Positions 18,201 through 24,935 of a DNA stretch of 57,209 bases are shown one piece after another. Position 1 is the first letter of the stretch. Each line of letters begins with the position of its first letter. Below the pieces are notes generated by a model. The model ran no database searches, was not told the origin of the DNA, and saw only the letters and a list, made by a program, of their open reading frames with translations. This stretch comes from an uncultured Pseudomonadales bacterium (lineage in GTDB: Bacteria; Patescibacteriota; Microgenomatia; UBA1400; PJMF01). The DNA is taken from contig CAZFRD010000001.1 in the NCBI GenBank assembly GCA_964521215.1, forward strand, positions 1-57,209, in the 5' to 3' direction. The position numbers and the translations under genes were made by a program.

Positions 18201-20086
18201 TCAACAAAAGCATTAAAGGCAGTTTTCATGGCTGATAATTCACTACTATCAATACTGCCAGAACTATCCAGAACTAAGGCAATATCCAACCCACAAGCTT
18301 GAGAAAGAATTGGATTCGGGGCAGGAGTAATTGCTGCAATGGTAACACTGTCCGAACAGTTGTTATTTGATTCATTATTTTCTGAAACGTCTGAGTCAGG
18401 ATCAACTTGACATTTATTACTACCACCCGTTCTTGGATTTGTTAAAACTCCAGTGACAAGGGGAGTGACTATAAAAGAAACGTCAAACGAACCACCGGCA
18501 GCAATATCAACATATCTTGTGCCACTACCCTGGCTAACTTTGCACGTTAAATTCTCAGAAGAGCTAATACTGCAAATTATACCGCCGTTATCGGTAATAC
18601 CGACTAAGTTATCTACCGTAGGTGAGCCATAACTCACCTCACTGTCATTGCTTGGCAAATTGTCAACTAGAATGGTTTCATTTTCATCAAAATCAGCTTG
18701 TATGTTACCACTATTAGTCACATGTAATATCCACTTGAATTGAGAACCCAGAGTTAAAGTTCCGTTAACGTCATTAGTTTTTGCTACTGTTAGATCAGGA
18801 TAATCACCGACAGTCACAGCAAAAGAATCAGTACCAGTATCTTTGATATCTGAAGCACTGCCACACTCAGATGAACTGTAATGTTTAGTTATCTTGGCCG
18901 ACCAACTTCCCAAAGGGGCGTTAGGAGGTAGGGCGTAATTAGCATTTTTTGACGGAAAATTTCTTGAACAAGCCCCAATATTATGATTTGTGGTTCCGTC
19001 AGGTTCGATTAAGTCAATTCTATACCATGTTGAGTTGTTGTTCTGGAGATTGGTTGAGTTGGTATAAACTACTTCACCCTGTTTGTAACTTGATTTTTCA
19101 ACAGAAAATGAGTTATTGGAGTATGTAGCAATAAAGATTGTGAAATGATCAAGACCAGAAGCTTTAATTTCAGTGTCTTCAGTTATTTGCTCAACTTTAA
19201 CTTGATCGTCTGTGCTGACAAGCTTGATATCATCGGCAGACATATCTAATTTTGCCTCCTCCGCAGTTTTTTCAATATATTTTATTTCAGCAGTCGCTCC
19301 CTCTAACTTTGGCAGAGTTAACTCGTATTTAAACGTCCCATCCGCCATCTCCGTCGTAATATCGTAAGCATACGTAGCATCTGTCTGGACGGAATCTGGT
19401 AAATTAAGCTCGCTTACTAGTACTTGTTGAATCTTGAGTGGGGAGCGCAAGCTCTCATCTTTGGGCAGACAAGAAAAAGTCATGCTGACAGCATCATCGA
19501 GAGGGAATTGATAACTTACACCTGGTTGAACTTTAGTTTTGGTCTCTGCCACACCCGTAGCTTCATCGACCGTCCAGAGGGTTTCACCAGCAGAGAGGTC
19601 ATTCTCATCTGGATTCACGCAGGTCTGCTCAACGAAACTACTTGGGCCATCAAACACTATCGCGCCATTAACTAGTTGAAATGAACGATTAAAATTATCA
19701 CCAACAATTAGAGTCCCACTGATAAAAGTGATTGGTGTACAAGCTTCACCCGAGCATGTGCCAGCATAAATATCAGCTCCAAACACACCTTCCGCCATTT
19801 TCTCCAAGTCTCCTTGAGCCGCTTGCTCGACTTGAGGGTCTTGCTTTTCGTCAAAATAGGTTAAAACATAAGGAAGAGCCTGATCGGTTTTTACTCTGAG
19901 TTGAAATTCATGATTACTAGCATTGAAAGACAAGTCCACCGCATCCGCACTTACGGTAGTCTCAGCTTGCACTACAACAGGGTTTGCCATTAATACTGGC
20001 AATGCTGCGAGCGGTTGAAAAGCGAGAAAAAAAACGTTGAGGGAACTAAATACTTGCAAAATAAGACGACGGACGCGTTTGTTCAT
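12239..20086 (-). CDS. Giant (2615 aa) multidomain surface protein/adhesin with internal LPATG sortase signal
   Basis: One uninterrupted ORF with an N-terminal signal peptide. vWA domain with MIDAS DSSGS (~17850-18310). Pro/Thr linkers at ~17305-17385 and ~14406-14448. CGDGIVNNQEQCD cysteine-rich repeat at ~16900-16985. Several SdrD-B/Cna-B-like repeats (e.g. GGVKYFDENQDGNFDDGE) and a DUF11-like repeat. LPATG at 13349-13363 is followed by a TM helix and KRSR. About 350 further residues follow and end in a second TM helix plus GKRNEK. Confidence 0.85.
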   Translation of the reverse strand: MNKRVRRLILQVFSSLNVFFLAFQPLAALPVLMANPVVVQAETTVSADAVDLSFNASNHEFQLRVKTDQALPYVLTYFDEKQDPQVEQAAQGDLEKMAEGVFGADIYAGTCSGEACTPITFISGTLIVGDNFNRSFQLVNGAIVFDGPSSFVEQTCVNPDENDLSAGETLWTVDEATGVAETKTKVQPGVSYQFPLDDAVSMTFSCLPKDESLRSPLKIQQVLVSELNLPDSVQTDATYAYDITTEMADGTFKYELTLPKLEGATAEIKYIEKTAEEAKLDMSADDIKLVSTDDQVKVEQITEDTEIKASGLDHFTIFIATYSNNSFSVEKSSYKQGEVVYTNSTNLQNNNSTWYRIDLIEPDGTTNHNIGACSRNFPSKNANYALPPNAPLGSWSAKITKHYSSSECGSASDIKDTGTDSFAVTVGDYPDLTVAKTNDVNGTLTLGSQFKWILHVTNSGNIQADFDENETILVDNLPSNDSEVSYGSPTVDNLVGITDNGGIICSISSSENLTCKVSQGSGTRYVDIAAGGSFDVSFIVTPLVTGVLTNPRTGGSNKCQVDPDSDVSENNESNNNCSDSVTIAAITPAPNPILSQACGLDIALVLDSSGSIDSSELSAMKTAFNAFVDALLPGTPTQFSVTDFDSTAAVLQTFSGDVTTVKNAINTPSSGGSTNWEDGLIKAQSTLPNRSNPDLVLFASDGNPNRVDNGSTVSEAQAVAEAVLIANTLKTSGVRIIALGIGDGLDVNNLKAISGPTVGTDLSADVITSDFATLATTLATFAAQTCGGAISVNKYIGTVSDATRGDNNWMFSVTGPNDYSNNLGTDANGQASTAESGKLTAGSGYSIVELTNQIPSGYNFTSATCRDQAGANIGSSFTDNGGNSGVQNITVGDNVIISCDFVNSVVPTSTPTPTATPTSTPTPTPAPGSITIIKDAQPDDAQDFVFSFGGVGLTATEFSLDDDSDPTLSNTYEITDLPPNIYDISEQSLNGWSMELTSCQSNKPWDPQDNFGNGTASFSLIAGEDVTCTFTNTKTAYCGDGIVNNQEQCDYGQLNGQSSCSSECTWVNECREAMAANSSFETPEVNQSAGWDAFDNAEMAGWTATWYGGSASYSGHDRPEPQIELHRGVNGWLPASGSQYVELDTDWTGPINDFSGEPASITLAQSIPTIIGNEYTVSWKYSARPNHSNNHLQVQVGGSEVFNSGVISGSSNTNWQSESYTFTATTTLTEIRFTELGRADSLGMFVDDIQVICNGLPKNDVTVCKQDSSGNPLSGWKVGLSQPTGFDEEIPVNSGAGTTTNLSSGAYVIYTSGTYRYGNEAMIADAGYSFRPVGIPYGTGGWVSGDDLLSVPGALELKVNGGNVTWGGFNNLHQYSYYLTGFEGDLNLAIWDDNYGDNANNGNFRAQIDRQMFAGMVGENGCATFTDVPYGDYHVFEAPVEDWAYQSTTVGSDVITNYPASVTVGEQVPEITLTNKFIAKGSFAGMKYIDVNVNGQFDNTDTTYEGWTIELYKHDGINYVYLTETTTDNSGNYIFENLLPGMYKIAEDLSGGDYVATDPNEFGLYNAVLLDAGENLTGFDFGNFEKATVNVDKYEDTDGVLGRTDGQEFWIGDPTFTFRLYQVEDDGWSLVGEANTNGDGRAVFDHLIDEVGDYRVCEVKKDEWEDMRSLNNPANNDSPNHDIDEYPVCEGVTVNNSGYIVYTEFGNIHKGFVTVNKFLDQNTNGKYDSGEELMSGWAMSMEATNGFLATQTTGTGGSTQFSLDPNTYFLSETLQDGWEQSNIYCTEDLEGTLITGPGRAYGHHGMCEGWNECGDAATCALKACQANGYASLVSYGDARPCTEFENCSLFYDINHDLSYQEEWGNWCPVMGVTDIRCGNYGGPTSTPTPTPIQDADASSVIDRILGVTQVNAQPAPDPEGHRVVVNPGANINCYVGNYQPGSIGGVKYFDENQDGNFDDGESKMQYWGISLSGPDVDQQVVTDENGEFSFANLKKGTYTLCEEDRTAWGWQVTEPAEPVDTVCREVVIDQSGETEVANFGNFIDSRLYILKTNNAWPTDVTSGDEVTYTIRVMAVGGPVYDATVLDVPPAQFTYVPDSFTAESSDGTDLRADGTTGDPNYQSPGEWNLGDLAKDEIVTLTYKTKVGTLADPGVYPDMVWATGTSEQSDKTGGETNDLLALSDPEFTASSGGVDFNGAWGHFGEEHFAGTQVAMVKDQTPFSEYQVGKTEEKQGTVLGASTELPATGARAWLTFLALLSIVAGAGFLIMSKRSRNSGLKVLLGLFVVGFSLWFAQPAQALTSVRIEEPYNNSAEFTLDAITNQTSLKVDFVVLNTDNLSLTAQCQQQKNDGAWSNISTNYTIKAGGNSGYCEAKDLENTQNYDFRVVVSGDGPDKISDEVRVGLETSGPDKPVNYSKNPGNYCEDKIGFRTANDGQTTSVEVYRSTDSDHFTAKPETRVTTIPIGPSQEYTLTTSKPNCDDTYYYVIRAFDVNGNASDLVGDLEIKTVIIESNNGTTQTVQLGAIPAGSAFIGGDTAGGTTAGESAEDTTGTTEDETATDETTAEPSATESTDGAVLGSATETFMSFLSRFGLPIGVGLIVLAGLYIIFFGKRNEK
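13283..13363 (-). other. Internal cell-wall sorting signal (LPATG + hydrophobic helix + KRSR) inside the giant ORF
   Basis: LPATG at aa 2242-2246, then ARAWLTFLALLSIVAGAGFLIM and SKRSRNSG. No stop codon follows. The next residues (LKVLLGLFVVGFSLWFAQPAQA) look like a signal peptide or TM re-entry segment. Confidence 0.75.
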
Positions 20087-20247
20087 AAGTTTTATCCTTT
20101 AAATCGCGTCGACTGCAGGCTGGTCGACCCAGCACCACACTACATATTGTGTGTGTTCGTGATATTGTACTACTAAGCAGTAGAACTGCAAGCTATTAAA
20201 TGTTTTAGAAATATAGCTAGGTTGACTTGAAGAATCCTTGGATATAT

Positions 20248-20484
20248 TCAAAGTATTAACGAGCGAACCTCATTTGGATAATTATAGAAAATCCATAGTA
20301 GAACTGCAGATTGACCAGGAAATTTATTCAGATAATCATAATAGCGATTTAAATGATATTCATACATTCTGGAATCGGGAATGAATTTTTCTATTAAACA
20401 GAGATAATAAACTGACTCTAAAAAATTAACTAGATCTTGATTGGTGAAGATTCTTTGGTGTGTTTCTGCTTCAATATTTTTCAT
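20248..20484 (-). CDS. Hypothetical small protein (78 aa), uncertain
   Basis: ORF only, in an AT-rich region upstream of the giant gene. No motif recognised. Confidence 0.3.
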   Translation of the reverse strand: MKNIEAETHQRIFTNQDLVNFLESVYYLCLIEKFIPDSRMYEYHLNRYYDYLNKFPGQSAVLLWIFYNYPNEVRSLIL

Positions 20485-20510
20485 TTCGAATACTGGTTCA
20501 AAACTGGTGA

Positions 20511-20538
20511 TTGTATCAACCTACTAGTTCGATATAGT
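20511..20538 (+). promoter_or_regulatory. Putative sigma70-like promoter for the 20550 gene
   Basis: TTGTAT (20511-16), a 16-nt spacer, then TATAGT (20533-38). The ATG at 20550 lies 11 nt downstream, implying a very short or absent leader. Confidence 0.4.
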
Positions 20539-20549
20539 ACTACAGATAC

Positions 20550-22091
20550 ATGAAAAAGTTGTGGCAATTGATGAGACGTTACTGGTTACTTTGGGTATTA
20601 GTTGCAATCTATATTTTTAACCGAATACCACTAATTATTTTTCAGCAATTTGCTTTTACCTTTGATCATGGTAAAGATTCTTTGGCGGTAATGGATTTGG
20701 TGACAAGTCTCTCACCAAAATTAATTGGGCCCTGGACTAGCATTCCTGGATTATATTTTGGGCCAGCCTGGTATTACTTGCTGGCGCCGATTTACTGGCT
20801 ATTAAACTTTAACCCACTCGCTGGCCCGCTCACCATGATGTTGCTTGGCCTGGTTCAATTAGTCGTAGTTTATAAATATTTTGGTCGACTTACTGCTCTG
20901 ATTGTTGTTGCAGCTCCACTTTGGTTTATGACAACAACGAGTGCCTGGAATCCATATCCATTAACTCTGCTAACTTGGCTGATTCTTTCATTTCTCGATA
21001 ATTTAAGAAAAACTCCGGAAAAAAAACGTACATGGTTCTTTTTGGGCTTGTGCATGGGTTTGGGTTTTCACTTTTCCACTGCGTTTGCGGTACTATATCC
21101 AATTCTTGTAGCGATTAGTGTGTGGCTAAGGAAAATTAAATTTTCAACCTCAGTTATCATAATTTGTGTTGTTGGTTTCATCCTACCTTTTGCACCACAG
21201 CTAGCATTTGAAATAAGACATGATTTTTCGGAAACAAAGGCAGTATTGGCATACCTAAGAGGTGATGTTCCCATAGAGACTCAGGCTAAACCGAATCCAT
21301 TGGTGGTGCTTTATTCAGCCACCAGCGAAGTTAAATCTGCAGTATTCTCAGGCATTACTGGTACGCAGTTTGAAGATAAGCTTTGGTTACTTGGTTTTAT
21401 TGCGGTGTTAATCTGGGCGAGTCGAAAATATCTCAGCAAACCTCACTCTTCAACGTTCATACCATTGGCTGAATTTTTCAGCTGGTTTTTGATCAGCATC
21501 ACTTGGTTTTCTTTCACTCACTTTAATACCTGGTACCTATTAGGAATAATGCCCTTGGCTGTGGTCGTATTTTCCAGCGTAGCAAAAAAAGTGCCAAAAG
21601 CTCTAGTTGGTTTGTGGATTATTCTTTTGTTTATTAGTCCACTCATTTCCGTAGCTCGAATTTTTATTGATAGTAATCGATTTTCTGCTAACCGATCATT
21701 TTTACCAGTTAAACTGAAAACTATCGAAACGATTTACGAAATTGCAGGTGATCGACCTTTTGCATCTTATCAATATGCTCCCCACATCTACGATTTTGAT
21801 TGGCAGTACCTCTATTTTTGGCGTGCGGCCAATGGTAGTCGCTTGCCCAGCGAGTTTGCCTACGAGCCGAATGTCGTACCATATATTGTAGTGAAACCAG
21901 ATTTGCTCAAACACTTCGCTCACCAAGTAGACTCAAGGCACCCAGAGTTGATTTTTTACGTGGTAGAACAACCGATTTATCCAAGTCAGTTGGTCGACTG
22001 GTGGCAACGTCAGCGTTTTGAGAAAATTGTGGAAACGATAAAAATGTCAGACCAAGTCACACTTTATGTCGCTCAGCCGAAAGCAGAATAG
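20550..22091 (+). CDS. Polytopic GT-C-like membrane protein, paralog of the 49413 gene
   Basis: 513 aa, multi-TM. The N-terminal block DHGKDSLAV...LIGPWTSIPGLYFGPAWYYLLAP...SAWNPYP aligns by eye with DQGRDALRV...FIGPVTSIGNMYLGPLYYYFMLP...FSWNPNP of ORF 49413..50927. Confidence 0.65.
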   Translation: MKKLWQLMRRYWLLWVLVAIYIFNRIPLIIFQQFAFTFDHGKDSLAVMDLVTSLSPKLIGPWTSIPGLYFGPAWYYLLAPIYWLLNFNPLAGPLTMMLLGLVQLVVVYKYFGRLTALIVVAAPLWFMTTTSAWNPYPLTLLTWLILSFLDNLRKTPEKKRTWFFLGLCMGLGFHFSTAFAVLYPILVAISVWLRKIKFSTSVIIICVVGFILPFAPQLAFEIRHDFSETKAVLAYLRGDVPIETQAKPNPLVVLYSATSEVKSAVFSGITGTQFEDKLWLLGFIAVLIWASRKYLSKPHSSTFIPLAEFFSWFLISITWFSFTHFNTWYLLGIMPLAVVVFSSVAKKVPKALVGLWIILLFISPLISVARIFIDSNRFSANRSFLPVKLKTIETIYEIAGDRPFASYQYAPHIYDFDWQYLYFWRAANGSRLPSEFAYEPNVVPYIVVKPDLLKHFAHQVDSRHPELIFYVVEQPIYPSQLVDWWQRQRFEKIVETIKMSDQVTLYVAQPKAE

Positions 22092-22122
22092 CAGTGTAAA
22101 ATAACCAGCGGGAGGAATTCAT

Positions 22123-22389
22123 ATGCCGACAAATTCAGCTCAACCTACTAAACAAGAGTCATTTAAAGTGGATGGTGAAATGCTATTGAAAAAAATTAAA
22201 GAACTGATCAAGGAAGGCAACGTTAGGCGAATAAAAATTTTGAACAAAGAAGGGCGCGAGCTTTTAGTTATTCCTTTAACTCTGGGATTAGTCGGAGCAG
22301 TGTTGGCTCCAGTCTTGGCTGCGGTAGGGGCGGTGGCGGCGTTAGTGACCGAATGCACCATCGTGGTGGAGAGAAGCACTGATAAATAA
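22123..22389 (+). CDS. DUF4342-like small protein
   Basis: 88 aa. FKVDGEMLLKKIKELIKEGNVRRIKILNKEGRELLVIPLTLG followed by a hydrophobic Ala/Val-rich segment, the pattern typical of DUF4342. An AGGAGG-like RBS (gggagga) lies upstream. Confidence 0.6.
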   Translation: MPTNSAQPTKQESFKVDGEMLLKKIKELIKEGNVRRIKILNKEGRELLVIPLTLGLVGAVLAPVLAAVGAVAALVTECTIVVERSTDK

Positions 22390-22396
22390 GAATCAA

Positions 22397-23416
22397 ATGC
22401 ATATTCGCGAATACATATTAAAAAATCCAGAAGGAAGGGTGGAGGGAATTTTCAAAAAATCAATAAGACATTTGTTAACCGGGTTCGATAAAGAAACACT
22501 TAGAAGAGGGTGGCATTACTATAAAATTTGGCTTAAATCAAGAAAAGTCGATGCTGTCTTTTTTCGAGAAATTGAGACAATTAACGACTTTGCAGGCGAA
22601 AAAAATGTAAATGTATTTTATTATTCAGCAAACGAAAAAAACAGTGAAGAAAACATTGCCGTAACTGAATTTCCACCCGATGCAACTTTTCGTTATTGCC
22701 TGATAGACGAAGACAAAATAGATCATATAAGAAGAAAGAGCGAATTGCCATTTTCTGATTCTAAAGTGAGTGTAACAAATGCCTTGATCGATTTAGTCCC
22801 CAATGCTATCTGCGGAGTGATAGGACCGACTAGATTTATTGGTGGATTACATCCTAATAATGGTTTTTTTACCAAAGGGCAGGGGGTAATAAAGCCATTT
22901 GTAGACACAAACCCGATTGGTCAACGGAGAGGAGCCATTGCAATAAATTCTAAAGGAATCTTTTCAATACTAACTGAGGAAGAAAAGCTGAAAGCCAGAA
23001 GTACAAATTTTGAAGGATTCGAGATGGTTTCGGGAACATCATTTTATTTTACCTCTGATGACTCATCTTCAAAAGTGGAATTAATGGGTCAATCGGATAC
23101 TTCTATGTGTCACTACTTAGTTTCATACGAACAACGCGGTGGTAAGAGGAGAATAGCCGTTTTTAGCGCTATTAGGTTAGTAAATCGTAAGCAGGTAAAA
23201 CAATTTTTAGACCAGCATGCAAAAAATCATGGGTGGGTATTTTATATTGCTGCAGAAACTGAATTAAATGGAGGCGGTGTTTTCTTTAGAGACGATGTTA
23301 CTGTTTTAGACCATGAACTAGAAAATGTAAGTACTAGGATCAAACAATCGGGAGTGTACCCAACAGACTCAATCCAATGGAATCGAAGCGATCAGTATTT
23401 CATATGTAGAAATTAG
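22397..23416 (+). CDS. Hypothetical protein
   Basis: 339-aa ORF starting 8 nt after the previous stop. No confidently recognised domain. Confidence 0.5.
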   Translation: MHIREYILKNPEGRVEGIFKKSIRHLLTGFDKETLRRGWHYYKIWLKSRKVDAVFFREIETINDFAGEKNVNVFYYSANEKNSEENIAVTEFPPDATFRYCLIDEDKIDHIRRKSELPFSDSKVSVTNALIDLVPNAICGVIGPTRFIGGLHPNNGFFTKGQGVIKPFVDTNPIGQRRGAIAINSKGIFSILTEEEKLKARSTNFEGFEMVSGTSFYFTSDDSSSKVELMGQSDTSMCHYLVSYEQRGGKRRIAVFSAIRLVNRKQVKQFLDQHAKNHGWVFYIAAETELNGGGVFFRDDVTVLDHELENVSTRIKQSGVYPTDSIQWNRSDQYFICRN

Positions 23417-23532
23417 GTTATACTTAATATAAGTTTTTGTTACACATCACGATATTTCAATATACTATATATAGTAGTGCTGTTGTTTATTTGTATTCTG
23501 TTTGCTCCTGTCTGGAGTAGAGAGGCGTAGTC

Positions 23533-24582
23533 ATGAAGATCCCCTTAGGTCTATCCTTTGACGATGTGTTACTCGTACCCCAGCGTTCAGAACTAAGTAG
23601 TAGGAGTGAGGTTGAGCTCCGGACAGAAATTGCTCCTGGGTTTTTCCTCGATATTCCTATCGTAGCAAGCAATATGGACAGCATCACAGGTGTAAACATG
23701 GCGGTAGCAATGTCGGCTCTGGGGGGGATGGCCATTATTCCCAGATTTACCACGCCCAAAGCGCAGGCTGACCAAGTGGCGAAAGTCAAAAAACAAGGCG
23801 CACGAGTTTTTGCCGCCATTGGTTTGCGTGATGATTTTAATAAGCGCGCTGAGTATCTGGTTAAAGCGGGGGTTGATGGTTTGTTGCTCGATTTAGCCCA
23901 TGCTCACATGACTAAAACTCTTCAAGTGATTCCCAAAATTAAAAATAAATTTAAGTTACCGCTGATCGCTGGTACCGTGGCAACTTATCAAGGTGCTTAT
24001 GACCTGTTTGCCGCGGGCGCCGATACAATCAAGGTAGGTATCGGCGCTGGATCAATCTGTATTACCCGCATTATGGCCGGCAGTGGTGTACCACAAGTGA
24101 CTGCGATAATGGAAGCCAATCGGGCTAAAAAACAATTTAAAAATAAGTTCATCATGGCGGATGCGGGTATGAAAAACTCGGGCGACATTGTGAAAGCGCT
24201 TGCTGCAGGTGCCAGCTTTATTTGTACTGGTTCTTTGGTAGCTGGCACCGACGAAGCGCCAGGAAAAATCATTAAACGACCCGATGGTTACTATAAAGAA
24301 TATAATGGCTCAACTTCGCTGTTGGAAAAGAAACGCGAACAAACCAAGCACAATGGCCATTCGCCCGACTTTACACTTCACGTTGAGGGCGTGGCAGGAT
24401 TTGTGCGATATAAAGGTCCCGTTGCTAATATTTTGGCTGGATTATGCGCTGGGATTCGCTCGGGATTTTCTTATTCTGGAGCCAAAAACATCAAGCAATT
24501 ATGGAAAAACGCCCAATTTATCCAAATTACTAGTGCCGGCATGTACGAAAGTCGGGCTCACGACGTACTAGAAGCTCGCTGA
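23533..24582 (+). CDS. IMP dehydrogenase/GMP reductase family protein (no CBS pair)
   Basis: LSFDDVLLVPQRSELSSRSEVEL, IPIVASNMDSITG, and the catalytic loop IKVGIGAGSICITR. At 349 aa it has the length of the GuaC or CBS-less GuaB type. Confidence 0.8.
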   Translation: MKIPLGLSFDDVLLVPQRSELSSRSEVELRTEIAPGFFLDIPIVASNMDSITGVNMAVAMSALGGMAIIPRFTTPKAQADQVAKVKKQGARVFAAIGLRDDFNKRAEYLVKAGVDGLLLDLAHAHMTKTLQVIPKIKNKFKLPLIAGTVATYQGAYDLFAAGADTIKVGIGAGSICITRIMAGSGVPQVTAIMEANRAKKQFKNKFIMADAGMKNSGDIVKALAAGASFICTGSLVAGTDEAPGKIIKRPDGYYKEYNGSTSLLEKKREQTKHNGHSPDFTLHVEGVAGFVRYKGPVANILAGLCAGIRSGFSYSGAKNIKQLWKNAQFIQITSAGMYESRAHDVLEAR

Positions 24583-24863
24583 GGGACTGGTGTTGCTACT
24601 GGTAAAAAATAACCTAATTCTTGATTGTAAATATATGTTTTTCCATCTTGCGAAGTAACAGTTGTGGTGTTGGCTATTTTCCCATCTACATTTTTTATAT
24701 TAAACACCACTGTATTTACTATCACTGAGTTGCCACCGCTATCAATCACCGCTCTAGTGACACCATTGATTCTTGTTAATCCCTTGAAGTAACGAGTTGC
24801 TCCAGGTTCACAAGGATCTCTAAAAACTTCTTCTGCCCTTGAATCAGACTCTATAACATTCAT
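24558..24863 (-). CDS. Hypothetical small protein (101 aa), uncertain
   Basis: ORF only. It overlaps the convergent IMPDH-family gene by 25 nt at its 3' end. Confidence 0.35.
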   Translation of the reverse strand: MNVIESDSRAEEVFRDPCEPGATRYFKGLTRINGVTRAVIDSGGNSVIVNTVVFNIKNVDGKIANTTTVTSQDGKTYIYNQELGYFLPVATPVPQRASSTS

Positions 24864-24935
24864 GATATAGATTGTATCAGATAGATGTGCAAAATAATCA
24901 GAGACTACTAGGCAGTATTAACAAGATGCTTAATA

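Noticed and set aside
12292-19675. A dozen 60-110-aa ORFs on both strands inside the 7.8-kb adhesin gene (e.g. 12712-13044, 17175-17486, 17664-17939, 16378-16632)
   Set aside because: All are nested in or antisense to one uninterrupted 2615-aa ORF with clear domain content. Their sequences are low-complexity mirror images of the Thr/Pro/Gly-rich coding strand.
23417-23532. Possible purine riboswitch upstream of the IMPDH-family gene
   Set aside because: I found no match to the guanine/adenine riboswitch conserved core or its three-way junction pairing. The region is AT-rich with promoter-like TATACT/TATAGT boxes only.
24558-24582. 25-nt convergent overlap of the 101-aa ORF with the IMPDH-family gene as a regulatory antisense arrangement
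   Set aside because: The small ORF has no independent support, so the overlap may simply reflect a spurious or mis-terminated ORF. It is kept only as a low-confidence feature.
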